IMG/VR virus record: IMGVR_UViG_3300049216_000067
Origin: a virus
Length of the DNA: 64,000 bases
Strand: one strand, 5' to 3'
Made by a program: the position numbers and the translations under genes. How positions within the stretch are numbered: the first letter of the stretch is position 1; each line of letters begins with the position of its first letter. Below the pieces are notes generated by a model. It ran no database searches. It saw only the letters and a program-made list of their open reading frames with translations, and had not been told where the DNA came from. Of the stretch, positions 1 through 9,728 are shown one piece after another.

Positions 1-629
1 TTTTCTTCACCATCTGTAAGAATAACAAAAATTACTTTTTCAGGACGTTCGTTTTCAGGCATTGCTGCCAAACGTCTACCGGTTTCATCAATTGCATGAC
101 CAATTGCATCAAGCAACGGTGTGTTCGTATCACAAAAATAATTGCTTGTAGAAAGGTTTGGTATTTCCTTCAAATCCAAAAATTCATAAGTTGGCATCAC
201 TGTAACTGGTCTAATCACTGTTGGTGACAAATTCAAAATGCTCGATACATTAACTGAAGATGATGCAATAGAAGCTGGACCAGATATCATTCCTTCTGTA
301 GTAGTAGCAACACCAATACTTACAGATTGAGGTTGTGCAGAACCGGCTGCTGTACTAGTTGCAGTAAAAATAGAAAAAGAATTAGCTTGACCAGTTGGCA
401 TAGGACTAGAAGGAGTCGTAACAGGAACAGCATTCAGTATTCCACATCTCCATACGTTATTTCTGTTAGTTTCACCGCTGAATTGGTAAAGAGAAAACGT
501 CATCTTACCTGGATCTTCCTTCTGTTTTTCAAGAAAGGTATTAAATCCACCAATGGTGTCATTTCGTAAATGCGCCATGGAACCAGAATTGTCCAAAACA
601 AAAGAAACGTGTGTGTAATTCTTATTCAT
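1..629 (-). CDS. vWA domain protein (3' end runs off the window; not in the ORF track)
   Basis: Manual translation from ATG at 629 (TAATG overlap with upstream stop): MNKNYTHVSFVLDNSGSM...TPLLDAIG...KVIFVILTDGEE, i.e. MIDAS DxSxS..T..D. Confidence 0.85.
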   Translation of the reverse strand, partial: MNKNYTHVSFVLDNSGSMAHLRNDTIGGFNTFLEKQKEDPGKMTFSLYQFSGETNRNNVWRCGILNAVPVTTPSSPMPTGQANSFSIFTATSTAAGSAQPQSVSIGVATTTEGMISGPASIASSSVNVSSILNLSPTVIRPVTVMPTYEFLDLKEIPNLSTSNYFCDTNTPLLDAIGHAIDETGRRLAAMPENERPEKVIFVILTDGEE

Positions 630-1465
630 TATTCTACCTCAAAGCTAAAGTTGATATCGAACGCCCTATTTTCAGGGTAGACGTTCGGATCGTTTGTATA
701 CCCACGGGGATTGCAGTAAACCTGACATCCTCCGACTATATAGTTAAATGTGTCATGGGTGTGACCGTGAACCCAATGTTTGATTTGGGTGTTATCAATA
801 ATCAATTCACTGAGATCACTGCTGTATGCATAGTTCAATGGACTATCACCATATTTAGGGTGAATAGACAAATATGATGGTGTGTGATGAGTCATCATCA
901 AAAAGTTTTTTTCTTGGTTTGCGTCCAACGCCATTTTCAATGCCTGAAGAGTATCCTCATGCTCTATAACAGAATCTTCTGGTGTAAATCTCAAAGAATT
1001 GCTATACGGGCCGACTGTTTTACCGTTTACAATACAACCACAAAAGTCACTCATTCCTTGTTTAGAAATAATCATAGAAACAGGATTCCTGTTCTTAAAA
1101 TTTGTCCATAATGTCGCACCAAAAAGTAGTGTCTTATCCGTCAAAGCAACAGTTTCTTTGTTTAGTAGTCGAACGTTTTTCCAGCGATTCAAAAAATCTT
1201 GAAGAATTATAAAAGTAGTTTGAAAATCACCATGGTAATGCTCATGATTCCCCATGATGTAATAAGTGTTCTTAAACTTTACTGAGCATTCACCAAAAAA
1301 ATCTTCAAATTCTTTACGAATCCTTTTGGATTTCTTATCCGTTCGATTGGGATTGCACAATGCTGCTAAACTGATATCTCCAGACAAAAGAAGAGTCTCA
1401 CCGCTCGGTAAAGGCGGCATTCGGCAAAACTCAAGATGTAGATCGCTCATTAGATGTATTTTCAT
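629..1465 (-). CDS. Calcineurin-like metallophosphoesterase
   Basis: SDLHLE, GDI, GNHEHY, THH, HGHTH motifs. Confidence 0.9.
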   Translation of the reverse strand: MKIHLMSDLHLEFCRMPPLPSGETLLLSGDISLAALCNPNRTDKKSKRIRKEFEDFFGECSVKFKNTYYIMGNHEHYHGDFQTTFIILQDFLNRWKNVRLLNKETVALTDKTLLFGATLWTNFKNRNPVSMIISKQGMSDFCGCIVNGKTVGPYSNSLRFTPEDSVIEHEDTLQALKMALDANQEKNFLMMTHHTPSYLSIHPKYGDSPLNYAYSSDLSELIIDNTQIKHWVHGHTHDTFNYIVGGCQVYCNPRGYTNDPNVYPENRAFDINFSFEVE

Positions 1466-1764
1466 TTCTTTTTGCGCTCTTCAACAAGACGAAGAACTTC
1501 AAGTTGTTCATCTTTTTCCATTTGATCCCATTTAGCAATTTCATCCAGTTTACGAAAACAACCACCACAATAACCTGTCACACTGCTAACACCGCATCGG
1601 TTAGTGCAAGGACTTACTGGCTCTGGTACTGGATCATCCCAAACACTTTTCAATTTAACAACTTCTATCGAATGGTCTAACTTTAACATTAGATTCGTCA
1701 AACATTTGTTTTGAAATTGCAAATTCTCTTTCAAATCTAGGATTGATTTTTGTGTCATACACAA
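1462..1764 (-). CDS. DUF1289-like small Cys-rich protein (true start probably further downstream)
   Basis: SPCTNRC...GYCGGCFRKLDEIAKW. Confidence 0.7.
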   Translation of the reverse strand: MCMTQKSILDLKENLQFQNKCLTNLMLKLDHSIEVVKLKSVWDDPVPEPVSPCTNRCGVSSVTGYCGGCFRKLDEIAKWDQMEKDEQLEVLRLVEERKKK

Positions 1765-2497
1765 TCTCTTTAACCCCAGTTTGTATCAATAAACAAGCAC
1801 AACTGGTACAAGGAAACAGTGTCGTGTAAACTACATCCAAATCCCTAACACCGTTCGCAAAAGCTATCGCGTTAGCCTCAGCATGAATTACAAAATTATA
1901 CTTATCGGGTCTTTCCCATCTTTCAGGAATGGTGTCGTCCACCATAAAAGGCATACCATTGTATCCTGTAGACACTATTCTCTTATTTTTAACCAAAATA
2001 GCACCAACTTTTGTTGAAGGATCTTTTGAGCGAGTGGAAGCCAAAAGAGCTAAATCCATAAAATATTGATCCCAAGAAGGAATTTTATCACTATGTTTTT
2101 GTAAATAAACTTTAGCATTAATTAGTGTTGACACGTTTTCTTTCAACATACCTATAGCAGTATTACAATGACCACATAATAATGCTCGAACCTTTCCAGT
2201 CTCGTGATCGTGATCTACGCACAGTTTTCTAACTGCATCAGATCCACGCATCTTTCTAAATTCAGGTTTTTTACAAATAGCACACACCCCACCCTGATTC
2301 AGAAACATTTCATTGTATTCTGCATCAGTTAATTTAGTATGAAACTCATTACTTCTTTTGTTACAATTCTTACATCTCCATATACCATCTTTAGATTTTA
2401 CAGGATGTTTAGTTTCAAACTCATCACCGCAAGATCCACATGTAAGAATTTGTATTTTTCTTTTTGAATGGTTATTTCCACTCCAACCATTAACCAT
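1655..2497 (-). CDS. cd: dCMP deaminase fused to an N-terminal endonuclease VII-type domain
   Basis: C-term WDQYFM..RSKDPSTKVGA..HAEANAI..PCTSC; N-term QGGVCAIC..LCVDHDHETGKVRALLCGHCNTAIG. Confidence 0.85.
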   Translation of the reverse strand: MVNGWSGNNHSKRKIQILTCGSCGDEFETKHPVKSKDGIWRCKNCNKRSNEFHTKLTDAEYNEMFLNQGGVCAICKKPEFRKMRGSDAVRKLCVDHDHETGKVRALLCGHCNTAIGMLKENVSTLINAKVYLQKHSDKIPSWDQYFMDLALLASTRSKDPSTKVGAILVKNKRIVSTGYNGMPFMVDDTIPERWERPDKYNFVIHAEANAIAFANGVRDLDVVYTTLFPCTSCACLLIQTGVKEIVYDTKINPRFEREFAISKQMFDESNVKVRPFDRSC

Positions 2498-3026
2498 TTT
2501 TAATCCTTTGTTTTTCTAAGTAGATATCGTGCCTAACGATGTCTGCTGTTGTTCTATCTGGCCAGAAACCCCAAAAGCCTTTGTTGATTGTCTTTCCGCG
2601 TGTAAAAAGTGTCCAAGTTTTACCAGGCTTTGGTATCTCAACCCAATGTAAATTTGCTGGAAGTAGGAAACTCTTTCCAAGATCTTTGTTGTACCACTGA
2701 CGCATAGTTCGACAATTTTGATACTTAACCGTACCTGGACCCATCCATTTTGTTCCCCATGGGGAATGCGCCCAGTAACCACCTTTCAAAATGACGGTGA
2801 AATACCAATCCCAAGGATGTGTATGAAACACATCATCATCTGATCGTATGAACTGATGGAGGAATGTATTGTAAGGGATGTCTTCCCTTACCCCAGTCGC
2901 TTTCCTAGCGTCGCCATCAGGATAGGCAAGGTAATAGCGCGTAAGATACGGATCTACTCCGTCTCTGTCGTAGATCACCAGTTTTCGGCCATTAGCTTCT
3001 AGCTTGTTCAGCAACCATTGGAACAT
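2490..3026 (-). CDS. Conserved phage protein, cupin-like
   Basis: PYLTRYYL..LHQFIRSDDD.FHTHPW..ILKGGYW..LHWVE..WTLF pattern. Confidence 0.55.
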   Translation of the reverse strand: MFQWLLNKLEANGRKLVIYDRDGVDPYLTRYYLAYPDGDARKATGVREDIPYNTFLHQFIRSDDDVFHTHPWDWYFTVILKGGYWAHSPWGTKWMGPGTVKYQNCRTMRQWYNKDLGKSFLLPANLHWVEIPKPGKTWTLFTRGKTINKGFWGFWPDRTTADIVRHDIYLEKQRIKNG

Positions 3027-3070
3027 CGAACACCTATTAATGAAGTGTTAACAGTATAGCACAAGGTGCC

Positions 3071-4462
3071 TTAATAACGTAATTGTGTCATCAATTCTGT
3101 CAGATATTCTTTATGTTTTTCATAGAAAACTTTGAATGTCGTATCCCTCAAAGAGTCTTGAAAGACACATATTGACCTAGGCAAGACATCGAAGAAATAC
3201 CACAAAGTCTTTTCATCGATCTGTGCCATTTCAGACTTCAACATGTGGTAGTGCTTCTTTAATTCTAAGGCAGTCTTGAATGGTTGATGAATAGCTTTGA
3301 TGTGTTCTGGATCTATTTCATAGCTTGAATCGAATTTAGCTATAGGTAAACCGTTGACCAATCGAATCTCATCCATCATTCCGTGGTCAGCACAATTAAA
3401 GATTTCCAACAATAAATTGGTACCCCTGGCGTTCCCACTATAATCTTTGTTAAACCAAGTAAAATTCTTTGGAATAGGAATGTCATTGCGATGATCGAAA
3501 TGTAGAATCTCGATATCAAACACATGGTGTTGTCCGATCATGTTCCAAGTCCTACCCGTACTAGAGATATCGACCAGAATGTAATTTTCCGGAACATGCG
3601 ACTTGATGTACTGAACAGCCGCTTTAGGATCTTTGTATGCTGCCCGACGACTAAACGGTAAGTAATAAGATGCTTCACTAAAGTAAGTATTAAAGATCTT
3701 GTAGAACAGTTGGCAGTCTCGACCCAGGAATACGGGTTTCCTGTTTGGATGTTTCCTACGCAATAACTCACAGCAGACGAAAATCCAAGGAAGGTTTAGC
3801 TGATTAGAGACTGTGAAGATTTCGGCAAAATGCTCATGATTTCTAAGCCTGGTTTCGCGCACCAGCATGGACAATTCCCTGAGACCTTTAGCCTCAAGTT
3901 CTTTTTCCATTTTGGTCTGTTCTGATTTAACATAATGGACGACTTTAAAGCCTTCCTGGGCGGCTAGCTTGATGTCGGCATGCCCATTATCCCCTGTGTG
4001 ACTTTCTAGGCTCAGATGCCCTCTCATTGCCTTCCAGAATACTCCATGCTGCTTGTCAGCGAGGGAAGCATGAATAGTGACTTGTTTGTCCAATCCACAC
4101 GAGCGAACAAGACGAAGGATATCAGCAGGAGGTAGGTACATATCACTAACGAGAAGATCACCATGACTGACTTGTTCCATGGTTTCTTTAATCGGAAAAC
4201 AGACATCTTCTTCATATTGAACCTCGTACTCCATCATCTGATCAATTAAATGGTGCGGAATGACGCCACGGTTGGCTAATTGAGTATAGATATTACGCAA
4301 TGGACCATAGTTGCATTGCTTTCGATGGAATTCAAAATTAGGTATATCGATCTCTTCACCCATCTTTTTCCAAATGGTATCAGATCGAACATAGCGACGA
4401 GCTATTAAAGTATCAAATACGTCCCAACTTTTAATTTGATTTCTCCATCCCACCTGTAACAT
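3071..4462 (-). CDS. HAD-superfamily hydrolase of the polysaccharide-locus type
   Basis: SWDVFDTLIAR, LVSDMYLP, HTGDNGHADI, FLGRDC, SRR motifs. Confidence 0.7.
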   Translation of the reverse strand: MLQVGWRNQIKSWDVFDTLIARRYVRSDTIWKKMGEEIDIPNFEFHRKQCNYGPLRNIYTQLANRGVIPHHLIDQMMEYEVQYEEDVCFPIKETMEQVSHGDLLVSDMYLPPADILRLVRSCGLDKQVTIHASLADKQHGVFWKAMRGHLSLESHTGDNGHADIKLAAQEGFKVVHYVKSEQTKMEKELEAKGLRELSMLVRETRLRNHEHFAEIFTVSNQLNLPWIFVCCELLRRKHPNRKPVFLGRDCQLFYKIFNTYFSEASYYLPFSRRAAYKDPKAAVQYIKSHVPENYILVDISSTGRTWNMIGQHHVFDIEILHFDHRNDIPIPKNFTWFNKDYSGNARGTNLLLEIFNCADHGMMDEIRLVNGLPIAKFDSSYEIDPEHIKAIHQPFKTALELKKHYHMLKSEMAQIDEKTLWYFFDVLPRSICVFQDSLRDTTFKVFYEKHKEYLTELMTQLRY

Positions 4463-4491
4463 GTGATGGGATCACATGATGTTTATGCATA

Positions 4492-4905
4492 TTAAAGTTT
4501 CTTCTTAGTTCCTATGCTGTACTTGGCAACAAGCTGCCAATCAGCTTTGTCTTTGAAAGAGATAATCTTGATCTGAGACAATGGAGCTAAATCGGTTTCT
4601 GGAATCTCAGGAATGATTGTTAATAGTTCCCATTGGGCTAAAAGCTTGGCAATCGTATTACGACGTTGATAGTCATTCTCGGTAATTGTAGATGGCTTAC
4701 CATCCAAAGCGAATAGCTCTTTGAAATGAACTATGGAATAGCGACCTTGCTTATGGAGAATATGTGCAGACTGGTAAAGGATGTTTTCGTTCTTGGCAGC
4801 AACACCAATACGGGTCAACGATTCACGGATAATGTTGAAACTATCCGGCTTTGTCAAAGTCACTTCTAGGCCCACGCCCTTAAATAAATCATCCATGTTC
4901 TTCAC
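4492..4905 (-). CDS. regA: Translational repressor RegA
   Basis: ESLTRIGVA..LYQSAHILHKQGRYSIVHFKELFALDGK. Confidence 0.97.
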   Translation of the reverse strand: MKNMDDLFKGVGLEVTLTKPDSFNIIRESLTRIGVAAKNENILYQSAHILHKQGRYSIVHFKELFALDGKPSTITENDYQRRNTIAKLLAQWELLTIIPEIPETDLAPLSQIKIISFKDKADWQLVAKYSIGTKKKL

Positions 4906-5269
4906 TCGCTTCTAAAATTTTTCTAATCATGTCCAACTGGTTAGTATTTAGGATCTTCAAAGCGTCTCTGGCCTTGGTTTCATTATAATTAAAATACTTT
5001 TTAACCAATTCAACATCTGCCTCCTTAGCATTCTTATTCCATTTCACATAGGGTCTTCGCTTAGAAACCAATCCGTTGAAATAGAAATCATACTGCGCCT
5101 TCTTCGGAAGGTCAGGATACTTGTTCATCTCAACGGCAAGAAAGATGCCGTCCTGATGGTTACTAACAACCTTGTTCACAACGTATGCGTTGTAATCCTT
5201 CTCGTCCTCTAAGCAATACTTTTTCGTCAAAAGTAGCGAAGGAATAATATCTTTGAATAGGTCAGCCAT
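4889..5269 (-). CDS. 62: Clamp loader small subunit gp62
   Basis: AVEMNKY..QYDFY..KRRP..VKKYFNYNETKARDALKIL; located between gp44 and regA. Confidence 0.92.
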   Translation of the reverse strand: MADLFKDIIPSLLLTKKYCLEDEKDYNAYVVNKVVSNHQDGIFLAVEMNKYPDLPKKAQYDFYFNGLVSKRRPYVKWNKNAKEADVELVKKYFNYNETKARDALKILNTNQLDMIRKILEASEEHG

Positions 5270-5645
5270 TTTGAGTTCTCTTTAAATATTCTCTAGCCAG
5301 TTCAACACCTGGTAGATTGTCACCCAACCTTGAGATGCCGACATTGCAGGGAGTGCAAATCCAACCTCTGACTTTATTTGTGTCGTGATCGTGATCGACA
5401 ACCAAAGCATCGGTAATTTTGTAACAGCATTCACAAGCTTCAGGTTTAGGACGAATATCTTTTTTCAAATCAAATAAAACGTTAGTAAGTTTCTTTTCAC
5501 ATTCTCTACAGTATGTGTAGACCCTAGCCTGTTTCCTACCTTCTTGTCTTTTTCTGAATAAGTCTACGGACAAACTCCTTTTACATTCTGGACAAAATTT
5601 TGTTTCTTGATTTTCTTTTATTCCTAATAATTTTGCCAAAGACAT
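5262..5645 (-). CDS. Free-standing endonuclease VII-like (HNH) homing endonuclease
   Basis: CPEC..CREC..CECC..VVDHDHDTNKVRGWICTPCNVGI; inserted between gp44 and gp62. Confidence 0.8.
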   Translation of the reverse strand: MSLAKLLGIKENQETKFCPECKRSLSVDLFRKRQEGRKQARVYTYCRECEKKLTNVLFDLKKDIRPKPEACECCYKITDALVVDHDHDTNKVRGWICTPCNVGISRLGDNLPGVELAREYLKRTQNG

Positions 5646-6589
5646 TATTTTACCTCACATTCAACCATCACCTCTGTCAAGTAAGCAGCAAGATTGATTT
5701 CTTGATCTAAACAAGATGTGGCCTGAAAAAGATACCTACCGGTAAGGACAACCAGAACAGGAAGTGATTTTGGTTTAAATATCTCTTCCATTTTGTCGTA
5801 GAGTGCCCTGATCACGACAAGTGAATCATTATCAGAATTCGTAGCTACCCACTTACGAAGACCGGCAAAATTCTGAGTCTTTAAATACCCAATCATTTCA
5901 TCGATCTTGGCATCTGAAACTTGCGACAAAATCTCTTCTGTGATTGCACCGTTCTTAGATGCAAACTTCTGAAGTTCGTTGAGAATTTTGCGATAGTCTG
6001 GAAAATACTTTTTAATGAGTTGTCCGACAACGGGTTTCTCAAACTCAATTTTCTCTTTGGATAAAATTTCTCCAACACGAGCATTAAATGCTTGTGCCAT
6101 CAAAACCTTTTCTTTAGCTTGTAATTTAAACTCGATAGTAGCACATCGACTATGGATGGCTTCAATGATTCGATTCTTGTAGTTGCATGTAAAAATGAAA
6201 GAACAGTTGACACTTAGTTCTTCAATAACACCACGAAAAGCTAACTGAGCGGCGCTCGTCAAATTGTCTGCCTCATCCACGATAATGACTTTGCGGCCAC
6301 CTGTGAATGATACAGATGAACCAAAGCCTTGAATTCTTGTGCGAAGAATATCAACACCGTTCTCAAGCGAGCCGTTGATGAAGATATAATCTGCACCTAT
6401 TTCATCGCACAATGCTTTGGCAACAGAAGTCTTACCTGTTCCAGTAGAACCAGTTAGCAAAAGATTAGGAATCTCTTTCTTATCAACATATGATTGAAAT
6501 GTTGCTTTTAACGCATCGGGGATGATGCATTCGGAGACTTTGTGCGGTCGATAGATCTCAGACCAAAGTATTTCACCTTGACCAATCAT
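5645..6589 (-). CDS. 44: Clamp loader large subunit gp44
   Basis: LWSEIYRP, Walker A GSTGTGKT, Walker B IIVDEAD, SRC motif. Confidence 0.97.
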   Translation of the reverse strand: MIGQGEILWSEIYRPHKVSECIIPDALKATFQSYVDKKEIPNLLLTGSTGTGKTSVAKALCDEIGADYIFINGSLENGVDILRTRIQGFGSSVSFTGGRKVIIVDEADNLTSAAQLAFRGVIEELSVNCSFIFTCNYKNRIIEAIHSRCATIEFKLQAKEKVLMAQAFNARVGEILSKEKIEFEKPVVGQLIKKYFPDYRKILNELQKFASKNGAITEEILSQVSDAKIDEMIGYLKTQNFAGLRKWVATNSDNDSLVVIRALYDKMEEIFKPKSLPVLVVLTGRYLFQATSCLDQEINLAAYLTEVMVECEVK

Positions 6590-6604
6590 AATATATTCTC
6601 CGAA

Positions 6605-6976
6605 TTATTTAGTAATGGTATTCGCTCGGACTACTTCCCGTATAGCGTTTTCAATTGTGTGCTCAGGAACGACAGGGGTTTCTACTGTGTATCCTCTGTT
6701 CTTCAATTCCCAAATCATGTTTTGAACTTTACGTTCTTCTTTTTCTCTTTCTAATTTCCGTTGTACCCAATGTGAAGCAGTAATTGGGTTATGATCTTCG
6801 TCACCAAGATCTTCAGGATACTTACTACGAAGAAATTCATTTACATCAAGTACACTATTGTTTACGCTTTCGATCAAACCTATTACACGCTTTAGGGCTT
6901 TCTCTAATTCAACAAGCTTATCGGCTGTCAAATCGACATCGACCGGAGGAGCGCAAGTACAATTATTACAACTCAT
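6605..6976 (-). CDS. Hypothetical protein
   Basis: 123-aa ORF packed between gp45 and gp44 on the coding strand. Confidence 0.7.
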   Translation of the reverse strand: MSCNNCTCAPPVDVDLTADKLVELEKALKRVIGLIESVNNSVLDVNEFLRSKYPEDLGDEDHNPITASHWVQRKLEREKEERKVQNMIWELKNRGYTVETPVVPEHTIENAIREVVRANTITK

Positions 6977-6985
6977 GACTATTCC

Positions 6986-7666
6986 TTAACCAAACGTAGT
7001 GTACTTAGGATCTGGCGCAATCCAATACTGAAGATTTCTCTCCATGTTTGAAAACAACGCAAACCCACCAGTAGAAATTTTGACCTTATATTTACCTGGA
7101 ATAACTTTGATATTTTCGTTTCTCAATACAAAGTTAAATTTGCTGTTTGCAACTGCATCAATGGTAACGTAGGCGCTATCTACAATCTGTCCTTTGATAT
7201 CAACGGCATTGATTGTGACATTTTCACCAGGCTCACCTTTGATGACGATGTGTGGACACTTTAAAATTGATGACACGTTGAAAATCCATTTGAAAACATC
7301 CTGTTCAAGAATGAACTCCATTTCAATGTTTTTAATTGGAATGCTTTTATCTGGTGGAGAAATGATAAAAGAAGGTGATGTAAAACGCTGACGTATACGA
7401 CCCTTACCATTCAGTCCAACAAAAACCAGGGACTCATCTTCGACTTCAACTTCCGGATTAACCTTGTTCAAAGAAATCAAAGCCAACATTCTATTCAAAT
7501 CATAGATGCAAAACTCTTTTTCAAAATCTTCTGTGATTTCAGCTACGGCTAAGATGTCCTTATCTTTAGACATGGTACGTAGGACCTTACCTGGCTTAAA
7601 AGCCATACCAGTATTGATGGTGGAAAAATTGCCTAGCAACTCAATGAAGTTCGCGCTTAATTTCAT
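6986..7666 (-). CDS. 45: Sliding clamp gp45
   Basis: MKLS..LLGNFSTINTG..FCIYDLNRML..LQYWIA. Confidence 0.95.
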   Translation of the reverse strand: MKLSANFIELLGNFSTINTGMAFKPGKVLRTMSKDKDILAVAEITEDFEKEFCIYDLNRMLALISLNKVNPEVEVEDESLVFVGLNGKGRIRQRFTSPSFIISPPDKSIPIKNIEMEFILEQDVFKWIFNVSSILKCPHIVIKGEPGENVTINAVDIKGQIVDSAYVTIDAVANSKFNFVLRNENIKVIPGKYKVKISTGGFALFSNMERNLQYWIAPDPKYTTFG

Positions 7667-8316
7667 AATATACTTTCTCTTAATTGTTTTGCTCTAGTTA
7701 AATTTACTATTTCTATTATTTTACGCTTTAGTTCTATAAGAGTCCCATTATTTCCAATGTCCCATTTGATTAATGGATGACCAATCCAATCACGTTCACT
7801 AGGGTGAACATTCTTAAGAAGTTCTGGCAACTCTGAACTTGAATCGTGATTTAAATTCCAATCATATGCTGTCATGAAATAATTAGGTTCAGGACCGCGA
7901 TTAATCCTCATAATGATTGCACCGGCTGCATGCAATGCTTCTATTTCATTCTTGAATCGAACATCAGTGACGACATAGTCATTTGGCGCATCATCTGCAA
8001 TTCTTTTCAAACATGATGCTGTCCAAAGCGGTTCACCAAAAACATTTCGACCGGCTTCTGTGCCCATCAACTGAAGAGCCAAACGTGGTGAAAAAGGTTT
8101 ACCTAGAACTTTAGACCAGTATTCATCCGGCACTTCTCTCCAGGCGCGATCTTCTTTAGTTGTACCTTCTAACTTTTTTCGATCCCAACCAAACATGATT
8201 GAAACAGCATCTTTTAATGGCTTGGCAAAGCTGTCTTTTTTGAATCCCATTTCAACTAACATGTCACCAACAGTGTCTTTACCAGATCCAGCAAAACCAA
8301 CTAAACCTATAATCAT
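7663..8316 (-). CDS. 1: Deoxynucleoside monophosphate kinase gp1
   Basis: IIGLVGFAGSGKDT, FAKPLKD, PRLALQLMGTE, DVRFKNE, HPSE. Confidence 0.93.
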   Translation of the reverse strand: MIIGLVGFAGSGKDTVGDMLVEMGFKKDSFAKPLKDAVSIMFGWDRKKLEGTTKEDRAWREVPDEYWSKVLGKPFSPRLALQLMGTEAGRNVFGEPLWTASCLKRIADDAPNDYVVTDVRFKNEIEALHAAGAIIMRINRGPEPNYFMTAYDWNLNHDSSSELPELLKNVHPSERDWIGHPLIKWDIGNNGTLIELKRKIIEIVNLTRAKQLRESIL

Positions 8317-8456
8317 AAAGGATCTCTCTTTGAAGCTATTGCAACTGGAAAGTTTTTAGCCTTATCCCAACTATCCTGAACTTCCTTTTGTGTTTGAGCA
8401 CGAGGCGGGTCGCCAGGAATTGGTCCTTTAGCGGGTGTCTTCGCCTTTTCAACCAT
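8313..8456 (-). CDS. Small hypothetical protein (MVEKAK..., 47 aa)
   Basis: ATG overlaps the upstream TAA (TAATG) and the stop overlaps the gp1 start. Confidence 0.55.
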   Translation of the reverse strand: MVEKAKTPAKGPIPGDPPRAQTQKEVQDSWDKAKNFPVAIASKRDPL

Positions 8457-9433
8457 TAAAGATTTCCAACCAACTGTGCGACAGCTGCCATGTTTCCTTG
8501 GAAAGCATAGGTTCCAACATGGAAGGTACGCATCCATGGGCACAGCCAAATTTCTCCACCCATATTGCGCCACTGTTGGCAGAAAAAGTAATCTTCTGAT
8601 AGGTAACGATCAGAGCCACCAACATCGATCACATCATCTTTCTTACAATCACCGAGATCATCAACTATCGTAATTGATCTCTTACGGTCAATGATACAGT
8701 CGAAATAAGCGTGAATATAACGTGAACCGTCAAAATGTGCTTGACCGACATGATCAGGCTTGTATGAATACTCAGGGTATTGCTTAGCCCAACGAACAAA
8801 CACTTCTCTCTTGATCAACATGTAACCGGTACCAATTTCCATTACTTTCAAAGGTTCACCGACATTGAATTGAGCAGTTCCTGCTACTGGATTGAATACG
8901 TAGTCACCGATTGTTTGTTCAATTTCCTGAACAGTTAGTTCTGGTGGAACTTCCAAAGCTGTTTGTAACTTAGATTGATCGGCATTAGGATCTGCCATCA
9001 AAGCTAGATTCTCAGCACCAATAATGGCATTCTTCTTTTCGACCTCTGAGATGATCATATTGCGGCGCTTGATTGCCTGGATAGCTGAACCCCACTTGAT
9101 AGACTTCTTCGGATATGGGGCACCTACAATGTCCTTATCGAGTGCCATTAAAGCAATGACATCTTTAGGATCAAAATGAATGTCAGCATCAAGGAACAAT
9201 AAATGCGTGTAACCTGAACGAAGAAATTCGTCTACAAGATAGTTACGTGCCCTGGTAATCAAGCTTTCATTGAAAATGAAGCTGAACCTATTCTCCATGC
9301 CGTATTGGGTACACATTCCTTGTAGGTCAAGGCATGCCTTCATGTACATTCCCAAACAGTGCCCACCGTACATTGGTGTTGCGATGAAAAGTTTATTTTT
9401 TCTTAGTTGTTCGACACTGATCTGTAGTTGCAT
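8456..9433 (-). CDS. GT-A-fold glycosyltransferase-like phage protein
   Basis: ATPMYGG, ESLITRARN, THLLFLDAD (DxD), GTGYMLIKR, YLSEDYFFC. Confidence 0.75.
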   Translation of the reverse strand: MQLQISVEQLRKNKLFIATPMYGGHCLGMYMKACLDLQGMCTQYGMENRFSFIFNESLITRARNYLVDEFLRSGYTHLLFLDADIHFDPKDVIALMALDKDIVGAPYPKKSIKWGSAIQAIKRRNMIISEVEKKNAIIGAENLALMADPNADQSKLQTALEVPPELTVQEIEQTIGDYVFNPVAGTAQFNVGEPLKVMEIGTGYMLIKREVFVRWAKQYPEYSYKPDHVGQAHFDGSRYIHAYFDCIIDRKRSITIVDDLGDCKKDDVIDVGGSDRYLSEDYFFCQQWRNMGGEIWLCPWMRTFHVGTYAFQGNMAAVAQLVGNL

Positions 9434-9504
9434 TATAGGACCTTTTTATTGTTGTCAGAATTCTAGGTACTATTATTGTCTAATTCGCTTTAATTGTCAA
9501 ATAG

Positions 9505-9537
9505 AAAACCCAGGACGCACGGACGCGCCTGGGTTTT
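9505..9537. terminator. Intrinsic terminator, probably bidirectional
   Basis: AAAACCCAGG...CCTGGGTTTT inverted repeat. Confidence 0.7.
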
Positions 9538-9728
9538 GATCTACTAGGTTTAGAGCAGTGCTATAAGGAACTGACGCCTTTATGCATCTGGCAATACCTT
9601 TTCTTGGGCCGGTGCAATATCACCCAGTGTAAGTCCTGGTTCTTATGCTCCGTTTTCACTTTTCTTACCCTATGCAATTTTAATTTACATTAATATTAAA
9701 TGACTTGAGTTACTTCATAATTGCTCCT

